Source of the DNA: an uncultured Burkholderiales bacterium
Lineage (GTDB): Bacteria > Actinomycetota > Acidimicrobiia > IMCC26256 > JAGPDB01
Assembly (NCBI GenBank): GCA_964516875.1
Contig: CAZFAO010000007.1
Coordinates: 1,464-65,463 of the forward strand
Length of the DNA: 64,000 bases
Direction: 5' to 3'
Shown: one piece after another, positions 46,488 through 55,999 of the stretch
Layout of the letters: each line of letters starts with the position of its first letter
Numbering within the stretch: position 1 is the first letter of the stretch
Position numbers and translations under genes: made by a program
Notes under the pieces: model-generated
Databases searched by the model: none
Seen by the model: the letters and a program-made list of their open reading frames with translations, nothing else
Told to the model about the DNA's origin: nothing

Positions 46488-47645
46488 ATGGGAAAGAAGA
46501 TCGCGTGTATCGGTGGAGGTCAACTCGCACAGATGCTGGGAGAAGCCGCAACACCTTTAGGAATTGATTATCGTTCTGCTGGTGCTGAAGGCTCGTGCGC
46601 ATTTTCAACGTGTGAAGCATTCACTCACGATCTGAACGATGAAAAACAACTCGACGCATTTCTCAGTGATGTTGATGTTTTTACTTTTGAATCTGAACAC
46701 GAAGGAGTCGACTTCGCAGAGCGTATTGCGCAACGTGGAGTGCCGATTTTTCCATCAGCAGAATTCGTTGGCATCGCTGGCGATCGCTATTTAGAAAAAA
46801 CATTGCTAGATAGCAACACAATTCCTGTCGCGCCGTGGTCAAAAATTCCGACAGATCTTTCAACCGTCGAGGAACTTGAATCGTGGCTTGAGCTCCGATG
46901 GAAAAATGCTGCAAACGGAATTGTCATTAAGACACAACGCGGAGGGTATGACGGGAAAGGGCAATGGACTCTCACAGATGACCGCCACGCCGAGGATGTG
47001 GCTGGCTACGCACAAGAAATTTTTCCTCTCCTGGACATCCCCGGCTGCATCGTGGAAGATCGCATCGATTTTGAATTCGAATGTTCCATTCTGGCCGCTC
47101 GCTCGATTTCGGGTGAAATAGCAACATGGCCGCTGACACACAATATTCACAAAGACTCCATTTTACGAAAGTCGTACTCTCCCATCACCACGATTACCAA
47201 TATTGATGAGCTGGAACAACAAGCTATTGATATTGTGACAACTCTCTGCACAAACAATAACTATGTCGGAACAATTGCTGTGGAATGTTTCGTCACGCCG
47301 AACGGATTAGTGGTCAATGAAATTGCTCCACGAGTACATAACTCGGGACACTGGACCATTGAAGGTTCTCAGACAAGCCAATTCGAACAGCACAGTCGCG
47401 CAATTGTGGGAATGGAACTCGGTGACACAACCACTTCGGGATATGCAAGCATGATCAATCTTATTGGGCGCTCGATTAACCCGGCTGTGCTTGAAGGAAT
47501 CGACGGAGTATTTTTTCATTGGTATGGGAAAGAAGTGAAACCCGGCCGCAAAGTTGGGCACATTACCATTGTTGCACCAACGCCTGAACAACGCGAAGAT
47601 CTCACCAACAATGTTGAGGATATCATCAACATGATCGGCGAATAA
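46488..47645 (+). CDS. purK: N5-carboxyaminoimidazole ribonucleotide synthase
   Basis: The start is at MGKKIACIGGGQLAQML. It has an ATP-grasp body, ...NEIAPRVHNSGHWT and KVGHITI. Confidence 0.9.
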   Translation: MGKKIACIGGGQLAQMLGEAATPLGIDYRSAGAEGSCAFSTCEAFTHDLNDEKQLDAFLSDVDVFTFESEHEGVDFAERIAQRGVPIFPSAEFVGIAGDRYLEKTLLDSNTIPVAPWSKIPTDLSTVEELESWLELRWKNAANGIVIKTQRGGYDGKGQWTLTDDRHAEDVAGYAQEIFPLLDIPGCIVEDRIDFEFECSILAARSISGEIATWPLTHNIHKDSILRKSYSPITTITNIDELEQQAIDIVTTLCTNNNYVGTIAVECFVTPNGLVVNEIAPRVHNSGHWTIEGSQTSQFEQHSRAIVGMELGDTTTSGYASMINLIGRSINPAVLEGIDGVFFHWYGKEVKPGRKVGHITIVAPTPEQREDLTNNVEDIINMIGE

Positions 47646-49165
47646 TGTCGATAGCGCACAGAATTTCACACGTGCTCAAGCGACACACAACGGCAACGTA
47701 TGCAGTCATCTTGTTTGTTGCTGCTCTTGTTGTACGCATACCTGTTGCAACACATCATCACTCACTCGGCCCCGACGACGGTGTGTATGGCATGAGTGCT
47801 CTCAGCGTATCGAGAGGTTTGGCTCCGTTTCGAGATACCTTCTCGTCACAAGGAGGATACTTTCTGGAACTGATCTCCGTGCCGGTACGCATTTTTCCTG
47901 ACCTCTTTATGTCACCGCGCATCATTTCGATTCTTACAGGATGCGCCATTGCCGTGTGCACGTTTTTCATCAGCAAAAGAATCATGCCAGAAACATGGGC
48001 GTTTGTTGCAGGAATGTTGTGCGCTGTGTCGGGTACGCTTTTGCGCACGACGGGACCCATTACCTCAGATGGTGTTGTGGCATTGGCTGCGCTGTTGTGC
48101 ATTATTACTGCATTGCGATTTGTTGATTCGCCCACACTTGCTCGTGCCATCGTTGCAGGTTCTGCACTGGGTTTCGGGACTCAGATTAAAAACGTCTTCA
48201 TGATTCCTGTCATCATTTTTCTGATCGCAATCACACTCAAGACACCTCTCGTGCTTCGATTAACAGCGGGCATCACTTCAATCGCAGTTTTTGCTCTTCC
48301 TTTTTTTCTCTACGGCCCGCAACACGTGTGGGACCAAAGCTTTGTGTATCACATGGAAAAAAATGACCAGCAGTCCATCTCAGCTAATGCACAGAAAATT
48401 GTTACAACGCTGAGTTCGTTCGACATGATCTACGTTGCGTTATTCGTTCTCGTTGTCATCGGATCCATTGCAACACTGTTTCTTTTTCCTGAAGCTGTAC
48501 GTGGGTACGCTCGCCGCTTCTTTCATTTTCCGACAAGCGCGCACTCTCGCGGTGAACACACCGCGAATTACCTCACTATTTTTTACTTCATCCCCGCCGT
48601 GGCCTTAATGGTGATTCAGACTCCCCTGTTTCGCAACCACCTCGCCATCATTGTTCCTGTGGGATATATCGTTCTCGTGTATTTTTTCCGAAAGCTCTGT
48701 CTCAGATTCCTACGACAGAAAACAAACGTGCGTGTACCTCTTCTTGTCGGACTCATTCCGATTGCTGTACTCGCGGCGATTTCGTCATACATCGCAACGA
48801 TAAACAGCTCGACGTTCGCGCCGTACAAAGGAAATGCTCAAGCACAAAAACTTTTAGAACCGCTTCGCTCCGATGCCATTGTTCTCACTGACGATCCTGG
48901 TCTCGTATGGGCAGCGGGGCTGCATGTCCCTCGACTGTTTACGGACGTTTCTCGCTATCGCTTTAGTTCACAGACTCCGTCAATAGCACTAACCCAAGAA
49001 AGTTTCTCCGACCAGATTGGCAAGGATCGTGTGTGTGCAGCAGTGCAGTCACCCATCCAAAATGCGAAGCTCTTGAACATTGCTCACTGGGTTCCCTCAA
49101 CGTGGGAAAAACATCATGTTGGTAAATACACATTGTGGATCGATCCGTCACAACAATGTCAATAA
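47645..49165 (+). CDS. Polytopic membrane glycosyltransferase, GT39/ArnT (PMT_2)-like
   Basis: 506 aa with more than 10 TM segments. An N-terminal loop DDGVYGMSA resembles the DE/DD motif of GT-C enzymes. An ATGA overlap links it to purK. Confidence 0.5.
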   Translation: MSIAHRISHVLKRHTTATYAVILFVAALVVRIPVATHHHSLGPDDGVYGMSALSVSRGLAPFRDTFSSQGGYFLELISVPVRIFPDLFMSPRIISILTGCAIAVCTFFISKRIMPETWAFVAGMLCAVSGTLLRTTGPITSDGVVALAALLCIITALRFVDSPTLARAIVAGSALGFGTQIKNVFMIPVIIFLIAITLKTPLVLRLTAGITSIAVFALPFFLYGPQHVWDQSFVYHMEKNDQQSISANAQKIVTTLSSFDMIYVALFVLVVIGSIATLFLFPEAVRGYARRFFHFPTSAHSRGEHTANYLTIFYFIPAVALMVIQTPLFRNHLAIIVPVGYIVLVYFFRKLCLRFLRQKTNVRVPLLVGLIPIAVLAAISSYIATINSSTFAPYKGNAQAQKLLEPLRSDAIVLTDDPGLVWAAGLHVPRLFTDVSRYRFSSQTPSIALTQESFSDQIGKDRVCAAVQSPIQNAKLLNIAHWVPSTWEKHHVGKYTLWIDPSQQCQ

Positions 49166-49204
49166 AAAAGCGGCCAACGTTTCCGCTGACCGCACGAACA
49201 AATA

Positions 49205-49876
49205 CTAGCTTTCGCTAGGTTCTGGTTTTTCTGGTTTTACTTTCTCCACGAGCGCCCAGCACCCAGGAAGCAATGCACCAGCAAGGGCGACTTTCATCAG
49301 GTCACCTAATAAGAAGGGATACACTCCGTATGTCATACCCGAATCTGGGCCTTTAAAAATGGGAATTTCCGCAACGTGTGAAAGCCAGATTGCTCCAAAG
49401 GTATAGATCACGACGGAACCGAGAAGAAACGAACCAATCGAACTGAGAACTTTGCGGTCGTTTCCTTTTTCCGAAAAATAACCGACCAATGCAGCTGCAA
49501 AAATAAATCCAACAAGATAACCAAAAGTACTTGCTGTTCCTCGTATCAGTTCTTCTCCCACTGTTTTGTTTTCCGTGTATCCATGAGCTCCTCCTGAATA
49601 AAAAGGAAAGACAAGTCCCATGAGTACATACATGATTTGCGATCCTGCACCCATTTTCCATCCCAAAACACCACCGGAGAGCAAGACAGCAAGCGTTTGG
49701 CCTGTGACAGGAACGGGTGTGAAGTCCAGACGCCATTCGAATTGCGCCATTGCAGCTGTAAAGAGCGCGAAGCTCAACATCAACCCGACGTTGATCGCGG
49801 CTGCTGTAACTTTCGAACTCGTCCGAGGGATCAGGTCTCCCAGTGTGCGTGGTGGTGTATAAATTGCTGTTGTCAT
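49205..49876 (-). CDS. bioY: Biotin transporter BioY (ECF S-component)
   Basis: 223 aa with TPVPVTGQTLAVLLSG..LG...G......Y...G, and FLLGDLMKVALA near the C-terminus. Confidence 0.85.
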   Translation of the reverse strand: MTTAIYTPPRTLGDLIPRTSSKVTAAAINVGLMLSFALFTAAMAQFEWRLDFTPVPVTGQTLAVLLSGGVLGWKMGAGSQIMYVLMGLVFPFYSGGAHGYTENKTVGEELIRGTASTFGYLVGFIFAAALVGYFSEKGNDRKVLSSIGSFLLGSVVIYTFGAIWLSHVAEIPIFKGPDSGMTYGVYPFLLGDLMKVALAGALLPGCWALVEKVKPEKPEPSES

Positions 49877-49962
49877 GGTCGATTAATCTAACGCGATCGA
49901 CTCTGCGGGAACTTATCGGTAGCAAACCATTGTTTGCAGCGCCGCGTTGTAAACAACCCTTC

Positions 49963-50005
49963 TCTCCCAACGTTTCCAAGGCCTGGCCCTGGAAACGTTG
50001 GGAGA
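49963..50005. repeat. 43-bp near-perfect palindrome (family B) in the bioY / PAS-gene divergent intergenic region
   Basis: tctcccaacgtttcca-aggcctggccc-tggaaacgttgggaga has 16-bp perfect arms. The centre is GGCC-T-GGCC, as at 45379-45401. Confidence 0.6.
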
Positions 50006-50024
50006 CTAAACTCGTAGCAATCCC

Positions 50025-51800
50025 ATGGATGGAGGATGCGTGCTCGAAAAACCTAACAATTCAGTAATGCGGGCGATCCTTCATGCCTTGCCCACTGCTG
50101 TCCTTGCACTGGATTCAACCGACACGATTCTTCTCGCCAATGCTGCAGCGTCTCGTTTATTAGCAACACCGCGCGACCATCTCGAAGGCGGATCCCTCGC
50201 ACGGTTCGTTTCCCCCGGGTCTACTATTTCCTCATCTGCTCACGTCATCACCTTCGCTGCTGCGAGTGGTCCGGTTGATGTTGTATCCGTCGCGAAAGAA
50301 CTCATCGTCGATGATGTTGTCATTCGTGTTGTTTTGTTAAAGCCTGCTGGTGAAAAACATGAACAAGCTCTCTTGGGACACATTTCGGGTCTTGCACAAA
50401 CAAACGTCGAACCATTTCGCTATGTGTGTGAAACACTTGTAGCACTGGGGATCACACAACATGCTTGCGTACGTGAAACAACATCCACAGAATGCATTGT
50501 TCGTGCAACGACGAGCAACGAACAAGATATATTTTCTCAATTCCCCACCGTCGCGCGAACAATTTTGAAAAATGAAGTCAGCCACATTGAACTTGTCATC
50601 ATTCCCGATGCACACAATGGTTTGCGGTCCGATGATCTTTCCATCATCGATATGTTCATTGCGCTACTCCATCTTCGCGTTGATACTTCAGAAAGCGCAT
50701 CGGATGCTGTGGGATCGGAGACGGCACTTGCGCTTGCTTTAAAAGCTGGCGACATGGGAATGTGTTTCTTCGACACCACACGTGGTGATTGCTATCTATC
50801 CGATCAACTTGCAACGTGGTGCGGAATTAACATCGATACTTTTTCTGGAACGATCTCTGCCTGGCTTGATACTTTTCAAGAAGACGACAGAATCCGCTTT
50901 AGCGCCCTCTTGTCTGAGCTAGCGCAACACAAAAAATTTAAGACGGTTGTCCACATCCACACACTCGAGCAAGACATTCGTCTGGAACTTTTTGGTCGCC
51001 CACTGCACGATAAAACAACAAGTGAATGGGTCACGATTGTCCGTCCGTATCGCGACGAACAAGAAGTCGAAGCAGCCTGGCAAACGCGCATCGCGATGGA
51101 AGAGTCAGCACGCGTTCAAGCAGAAGACGACCTCACTCTTTTTGAAAAAACTCTTATCGAAACATTGCTTCCCACAACCAGCGATGTTTCTATCATCCAC
51201 TCTCGACAAGACGCTGGCACATGGCACATTGTTCGCCAGCTCGATAGCCACACCTGCGTATATGCCGTAGGCGCGGTCACGGCAGGCAGTCGAGCACAAG
51301 CAGTTATTGGCGCAACGTTAATTGCGACCATTGCCGATGTTCTTGCGTCGCAAACTCATGACATCAACGAGTTTGTCGAACTGGTGCGCGACCATGCTCG
51401 TGCGCGCGATATCGAAACATCAATAGCCGCTGTTCGAGTTGTTAATGGAGACATGGCATCAGCTACTCATGCAGGAGCATCGGTGTATATTTCTGGAAAA
51501 TCATTCGTGGGTGAAGAAACAATTACTGCAACAACGGCACTGAGCCTGTCGACACATTCTCAGGCAACACCCGAAACAATTGATGTTGCGTCCGACGGTC
51601 GCCCCTGGCGCATCATGACAACTGTTGTGGAAGTCATTTCCCTCATCGACACGTCACCTCAAACCACTTTCGATAATGAACACGAATCGCCAGAAAGCGA
51701 CGAAGGCGAAGACATTGGAGTTATCACCGGCGTTTCACAAAAGTTTCCCCACGGAGCGAACGTGTCGCCGTTTCGTTCCGGGTCAATTGGTCCTAGTTAA
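50025..51800 (+). CDS. PAS-domain sensor protein with a degenerate SpoIIE/PP2C-like C-terminal domain
   Basis: 591 aa. Two PAS-like segments are present (ILHALPTAVLALDSTDTILLANAAASRLL...; GMCFFDTTRGDCYLSDQLATWCGI...). The C-terminal E.LLP...........W.IV.QL.......AVGAVTAGS.AQAV.GA follows SpoIIE spacing, but the metal-binding Asp positions are not obvious. The start could be 50067. Confidence 0.45.
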   Translation: MDGGCVLEKPNNSVMRAILHALPTAVLALDSTDTILLANAAASRLLATPRDHLEGGSLARFVSPGSTISSSAHVITFAAASGPVDVVSVAKELIVDDVVIRVVLLKPAGEKHEQALLGHISGLAQTNVEPFRYVCETLVALGITQHACVRETTSTECIVRATTSNEQDIFSQFPTVARTILKNEVSHIELVIIPDAHNGLRSDDLSIIDMFIALLHLRVDTSESASDAVGSETALALALKAGDMGMCFFDTTRGDCYLSDQLATWCGINIDTFSGTISAWLDTFQEDDRIRFSALLSELAQHKKFKTVVHIHTLEQDIRLELFGRPLHDKTTSEWVTIVRPYRDEQEVEAAWQTRIAMEESARVQAEDDLTLFEKTLIETLLPTTSDVSIIHSRQDAGTWHIVRQLDSHTCVYAVGAVTAGSRAQAVIGATLIATIADVLASQTHDINEFVELVRDHARARDIETSIAAVRVVNGDMASATHAGASVYISGKSFVGEETITATTALSLSTHSQATPETIDVASDGRPWRIMTTVVEVISLIDTSPQTTFDNEHESPESDEGEDIGVITGVSQKFPHGANVSPFRSGSIGPS

Positions 51801-51813
51801 AAACTTGTAGAGT

Positions 51814-52821
51814 TCAACCTCGGGCGCGTAATTTTTCGATCAGTTGCGGCAAAACAACATTGACATCTGCAACAACACCAAGATCAGCCACAGAAAAGAT
51901 AGGTGCTTGGTCATCGATATTGATGGCAATGATATTTTTTGAACCTTTCATCCCAACTAAGTGTTGAGTTGCACCAGAAACACCACACGCAATATAAACA
52001 TTTGGTTTAACGGTCTTGCCTGTTTGTCCCACTTGTTTGGAATAAGGAACCCAACCAGCATCGACAATCGCGCGCGATGCACCCGATGCTCCACCAAGTA
52101 CATCGGCACAGGCTTGAACCAAAGTCTCATAGTTTTCTTGACTTCCTAATCCGCGACCTCCTGTGACAACAATGGCTGCGTCTTCAAGTTCTGGTCCATC
52201 CGATGAGATTGTTTCACTCGATACAATCTGCGTGCGAGCATTTTCTGCAATCAATTCACTTGCATCGCCTCTCACGAGTTCACACGTTGCTGAATGTGAA
52301 TTATCTGGGGTAATTGATTTTGGACGGACAACAACTACATGCGGAGATGCTCCCGTTGATTGAGCAGTCGCAATTTTTGACCCACCAAAAACCATGTGAG
52401 TTGTCGTGATACCATCACCAGTCACTTCGACATTTATTGCGTTAGCGAGAAGTGCACGGTCAGCGAAAACACTCACGTGTGCAGAAACATCGCGTCCCAA
52501 ATATGTTTGAGGCGACAACACCACAACGTCTCGTCCTGCACCAACTGCTGCATCAGAGAGATTTGTCACATAACGAGCCAATGCAGCACCGGAAAGTCCT
52601 GGCCCGCAATCGACGCAATGCAGAGAGTTCGCACCATATCCACCAAGTTCACTTGCAGCTGCGTCGCAATCGAAATCGCTCCGGGAACCCGAAACACTGA
52701 GAACACAGGTGATGGTGGAACCCAACTTGTGTGCCAACGTAATGAGTTCGAAAGTATGGCTAGCAATTTCACCGTGAGAAAGCTCGCCGATAACAATGAC
52801 GTCTGTTGTTTCTTTATTCAT
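51814..52821 (-). CDS. etfA: Electron transfer flavoprotein alpha subunit
   Basis: 335 aa. The C-terminus reads VGQTGKTVKPNVYIACGVSGATQHLVGM..SK.IIAIN.D..APIF..AD.GVV.D. Confidence 0.9.
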   Translation of the reverse strand: MNKETTDVIVIGELSHGEIASHTFELITLAHKLGSTITCVLSVSGSRSDFDCDAAASELGGYGANSLHCVDCGPGLSGAALARYVTNLSDAAVGAGRDVVVLSPQTYLGRDVSAHVSVFADRALLANAINVEVTGDGITTTHMVFGGSKIATAQSTGASPHVVVVRPKSITPDNSHSATCELVRGDASELIAENARTQIVSSETISSDGPELEDAAIVVTGGRGLGSQENYETLVQACADVLGGASGASRAIVDAGWVPYSKQVGQTGKTVKPNVYIACGVSGATQHLVGMKGSKNIIAINIDDQAPIFSVADLGVVADVNVVLPQLIEKLRARG

Positions 52822-53601
52822 TTAAATCGCTCCTACCGTTTCTAAAAATTCAACAATTGTGTCGGCAGCTGTATCAACATCACTAATTTTTACTCCTGAT
52901 TCACGACCAGGGGCATCAGCTAATGCTGTTACTTTTTGCGAACCAATATCGAGCGAGGCACCATCAATACCCAGATCCGAAAGCGAAACCGTTTCGGCAG
53001 GTTTATTTTTTGCATCCATAATTCCTTTGAAATTCGGATAGCGTGGTTCCACCACTCCTGCTGTCACGCTCACGACCGCAGGCAAACTCGCAGACACAAC
53101 ATCGATCCCTTCGTTACTTTGACGTTTGATGGTGACCGTTTTGTCATTCAGCTCCACCGATGTTGCAAAAGTCAAAGCGCATGCATTGCGCAACGCTGCA
53201 ATTTGTGCAGGAATTGTTCCGGTGTACCCATCGCTACTTTCTGTACCCGCAATCACGAGATCGACATTTCCCACACGATCAATCGCAGCATTCAAAACTT
53301 TCGCGGTCGCAAGCGCATGAGAATTTGCTAATGCATCATCAGAAACAACAACTGCTTTATCAGCACCCATTGCTAATGCCGTTCGAACACCCGTGACCTC
53401 TCCGCCAGGAACCATCGAGACAACACTTACTTCTCCACCGCCAGCTGAGTCACGCAACTGCAACGCCATTTCGACACCGAAAAGGTCAGCCTCGTCGAGA
53501 ACGATCTTGCCAGTGCGGACAAAACGAAAATCAGAATCGAGCGATCCAACCTCGCTGGGATCGGGTATTTGCTTGACGAGTACAGCAATATTTACAGGCA
53601 C
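52822..53601 (-). CDS. etfB: Electron transfer flavoprotein beta subunit
   Basis: 259 aa starting NIAVLVKQIPD, with ...DLVIAGTESSDGYTG..PAQIA. It is adjacent to and abuts etfA. Confidence 0.9.
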   Translation of the reverse strand: MPVNIAVLVKQIPDPSEVGSLDSDFRFVRTGKIVLDEADLFGVEMALQLRDSAGGGEVSVVSMVPGGEVTGVRTALAMGADKAVVVSDDALANSHALATAKVLNAAIDRVGNVDLVIAGTESSDGYTGTIPAQIAALRNACALTFATSVELNDKTVTIKRQSNEGIDVVSASLPAVVSVTAGVVEPRYPNFKGIMDAKNKPAETVSLSDLGIDGASLDIGSQKVTALADAPGRESGVKISDVDTAADTIVEFLETVGAI

Positions 53602-53679
53602 GAGCTTCTCCTTAGGCGGTTAATACGGGTTCGATCGTCTAGCTTACGAGACTTTTGGTCGTGCTGATAGAATACTGAC

Positions 53680-54342
53680 ATGACTTATGCAGACACCGCC
53701 CCCAGCCAAGTTAATGTCGACGATTATTACCATCTCGACGAGCTCAAAGAAAAGGGATACTGCGTTTTAAAAGACGCTGACTTTACTGTCCCTGATGAAG
53801 AATTCATGACCATGGAATACATGGACTGGAAGTCTGGTGGCGACACCAACTTCGCACCTATTGCCTCTGCGCTTGGTGATATGGAATGTGCAGGATTCTG
53901 GGAACACTCCAAGCCCGACAAGGGTGGAGTCTGGACAGAAAATGCGAAGCTGTGTCCGACACTCAAAAATTATGTCGAAAGCATTGGCTCAGATTACGGA
54001 CGCGTGCGTACCATCAAACTCAATCCACAAGATCACGATGAAGCATTGAAACAAATTCACCTTGACGACAACAACCGAATTAACCCTCCGGGAACCGGGT
54101 GGGTTGTGCGCACATGGGTTGAGCTCACTGAAACACCGGGAGCCGCAATGATTTTGCGCACTGTCAAAGATGATCCTTCAACAGAAATCCAGCTCAAGCT
54201 TCACAAAGGCATGCGCTATGTTGTCGATTCGGAACGCCTCTATCACGTTGTGATGAACCCAACAGATAAGCCACGGTATTCTCTGATCACAAGCATCGAG
54301 TCCTCTCCTGCATTGAGTGAGTGGATCCAGAAAAACTCATAG
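53680..54342 (+). CDS. Hypothetical protein, possibly cupin / Fe(II)-2OG-oxygenase-like
   Basis: 220 aa. IHLDDNN (HxD) and a later LYHVV could form a 2-His-1-carboxylate triad. This is a weak, motif-only call. Confidence 0.35.
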   Translation: MTYADTAPSQVNVDDYYHLDELKEKGYCVLKDADFTVPDEEFMTMEYMDWKSGGDTNFAPIASALGDMECAGFWEHSKPDKGGVWTENAKLCPTLKNYVESIGSDYGRVRTIKLNPQDHDEALKQIHLDDNNRINPPGTGWVVRTWVELTETPGAAMILRTVKDDPSTEIQLKLHKGMRYVVDSERLYHVVMNPTDKPRYSLITSIESSPALSEWIQKNS

Positions 54343-55207
54343 ATTCCACCGCGTGATCATCCCATCCTTTGACGTCAAAGGCGATGTCCGCATTCGGGTG
54401 CACCACTTCACGCCGAATGCACCTCACGATCAACGAGTACTTGTCCTTTGTCATCCGACGGGATTTTGTGCATCGGTTTATTCGTCCGTCGTTTCTCATC
54501 TGCGCGGCGTCAATGTTTTTGGTATCGACATTCGCTCACATGGGTATTCACAGCGTGGCGATGTCACTGATTGGGCAGGATTTCAGCATGACCTCGACAG
54601 CGCATGCGCTGAAATTCAACGAAGAACTGGCCACGACACTTTCGTCGGTGTGGGAATATCATCGGGGTCAAGCGCACACATCCTCAACGCATCGCGTCAC
54701 AAAGATCTCTACGATGGCCTCTATTTAGCCGAACCTATTTTGTTCCCTCCCGGCGCAGATCTTGCAGGTCGCGACGCTCTTGCATCATCTGCTCGAAAAC
54801 GGCGTGACACATTCGAATCATACAATGATGCGTACTCTCGTTATCGACAAGGCGGTGGGCTTTCCCATCTCAGCGAGAGTGCACTTGCACTGTATTGCGT
54901 TCACGGTTTTGAACACGATGGTGACGTTGTACGTTTGCGCTGCCGACCTGAGGATGAGGAAGCAATTTATCTCTCCGGCGGAGCGAATGGCGTCTATGAA
55001 GCTCTGAAAGATGTGACATGCCCCTCTGTGATTGTGTATGGCGAAATGTCGAAAACGATCTCCGCTGAGAGCGCGCACGCCATTGCTCACCAGATGCGAA
55101 ATGCTCGCGTTGAACGGCTCGATGGAACGGGACACTTCACGCTGTTTGAAAACCCGTTTGCCGGGGCTGCATCAATTACTTCATTTGTGAACTCACTTGA
55201 TCGCTAA
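54317..55207 (+). CDS. Alpha/beta-fold hydrolase
   Basis: 296 aa with LVLCHPTGF (oxyanion region), GVGISSGS (GxSxG-type elbow) and a C-terminal GTGHF (catalytic His). The start is uncertain (26-nt overlap with the upstream ORF). Confidence 0.7.
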   Translation: MSGSRKTHRFHRVIIPSFDVKGDVRIRVHHFTPNAPHDQRVLVLCHPTGFCASVYSSVVSHLRGVNVFGIDIRSHGYSQRGDVTDWAGFQHDLDSACAEIQRRTGHDTFVGVGISSGSSAHILNASRHKDLYDGLYLAEPILFPPGADLAGRDALASSARKRRDTFESYNDAYSRYRQGGGLSHLSESALALYCVHGFEHDGDVVRLRCRPEDEEAIYLSGGANGVYEALKDVTCPSVIVYGEMSKTISAESAHAIAHQMRNARVERLDGTGHFTLFENPFAGAASITSFVNSLDR

Positions 55208-55216
55208 GCTGATCGT

Positions 55217-55999
55217 GTGACTTTCAGTGTTCCCGCGAGCTTTTCTCCATCGTCACTGTCTCAGTTCACTTCGTGTCCTCTGGCGTTTCGATTTTCCTAT
55301 GTCGAACATCGCCCCAGTCCTCCTCAAATAGCAGCCACTAAGGGGACTATTGTGCACCGCGCGTTAGAACACCTCTTTTCGCGACCGAATGATCAACGCA
55401 CCAATGAACATGGACACGAAGATCTCGACCGAGCATTTGCAGAATATGCACTCTTGCCTGATCTGGTTGATCTCCATCTCAGCAATGAAGAAACCGAGTC
55501 GTTAAAAAAAGAATCTCACGTTTTGATGGATAAATATTTTGAAGCGGAAGATCCAACAAAGATTTCTCCGATTGGTCTTGAACTCAAACTCCAAGCGCAG
55601 ATCGGCGAGACACTCGTGCGTGGAATTATTGATCGGCTCGAACTTGATGAAGAGGGTGAACTCGTCGTCACCGATTACAAAACAGGTTCGGTGCCGCGCG
55701 CATCATCCGAACAATCTCGAATGAGCGGTGTCAATATTTATGCTCTGTTGTGTGAAAAAGTTTTTGGAAAACTTCCGTCACGCGTTCAGTTGCTGTATTT
55801 ATCACAACCAACAACAATCATTTCTGTTCCTAAACAGAGCACACTCAAAGGCGTCCAGGCACGAAGCAACGCAGTACACAAAGCAGTCGTGTCAGCGTGC
55901 ACGACGGGAGATTTTCGCCCCAACGTTTCAGCACTGTGCGGCTGGTGTGCCTACCAAGATTTATGTCCCGCACAGGGAGGAACACTCCCTGATGACTAA
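55217..55999 (+). CDS. PD-(D/E)XK nuclease, RecB/Cas4-like with a 4-Cys cluster
   Basis: 260 aa with N-terminal FSPSSLSQFTSCPLAFRF, G.IDRLE.....LVVTDYKTG, and C-terminal CGWCAYQDLC. Confidence 0.8.
   Translation: MTFSVPASFSPSSLSQFTSCPLAFRFSYVEHRPSPPQIAATKGTIVHRALEHLFSRPNDQRTNEHGHEDLDRAFAEYALLPDLVDLHLSNEETESLKKESHVLMDKYFEAEDPTKISPIGLELKLQAQIGETLVRGIIDRLELDEEGELVVTDYKTGSVPRASSEQSRMSGVNIYALLCEKVFGKLPSRVQLLYLSQPTTIISVPKQSTLKGVQARSNAVHKAVVSACTTGDFRPNVSALCGWCAYQDLCPAQGGTLPDD

Noticed and set aside
49353-49979. 208-aa minus-strand ORF overlapping bioY in another frame and running into the upstream palindrome.
   Set aside because: The BioY frame has the conserved family motifs. The alternative frame is Arg/Cys-rich with no motifs.
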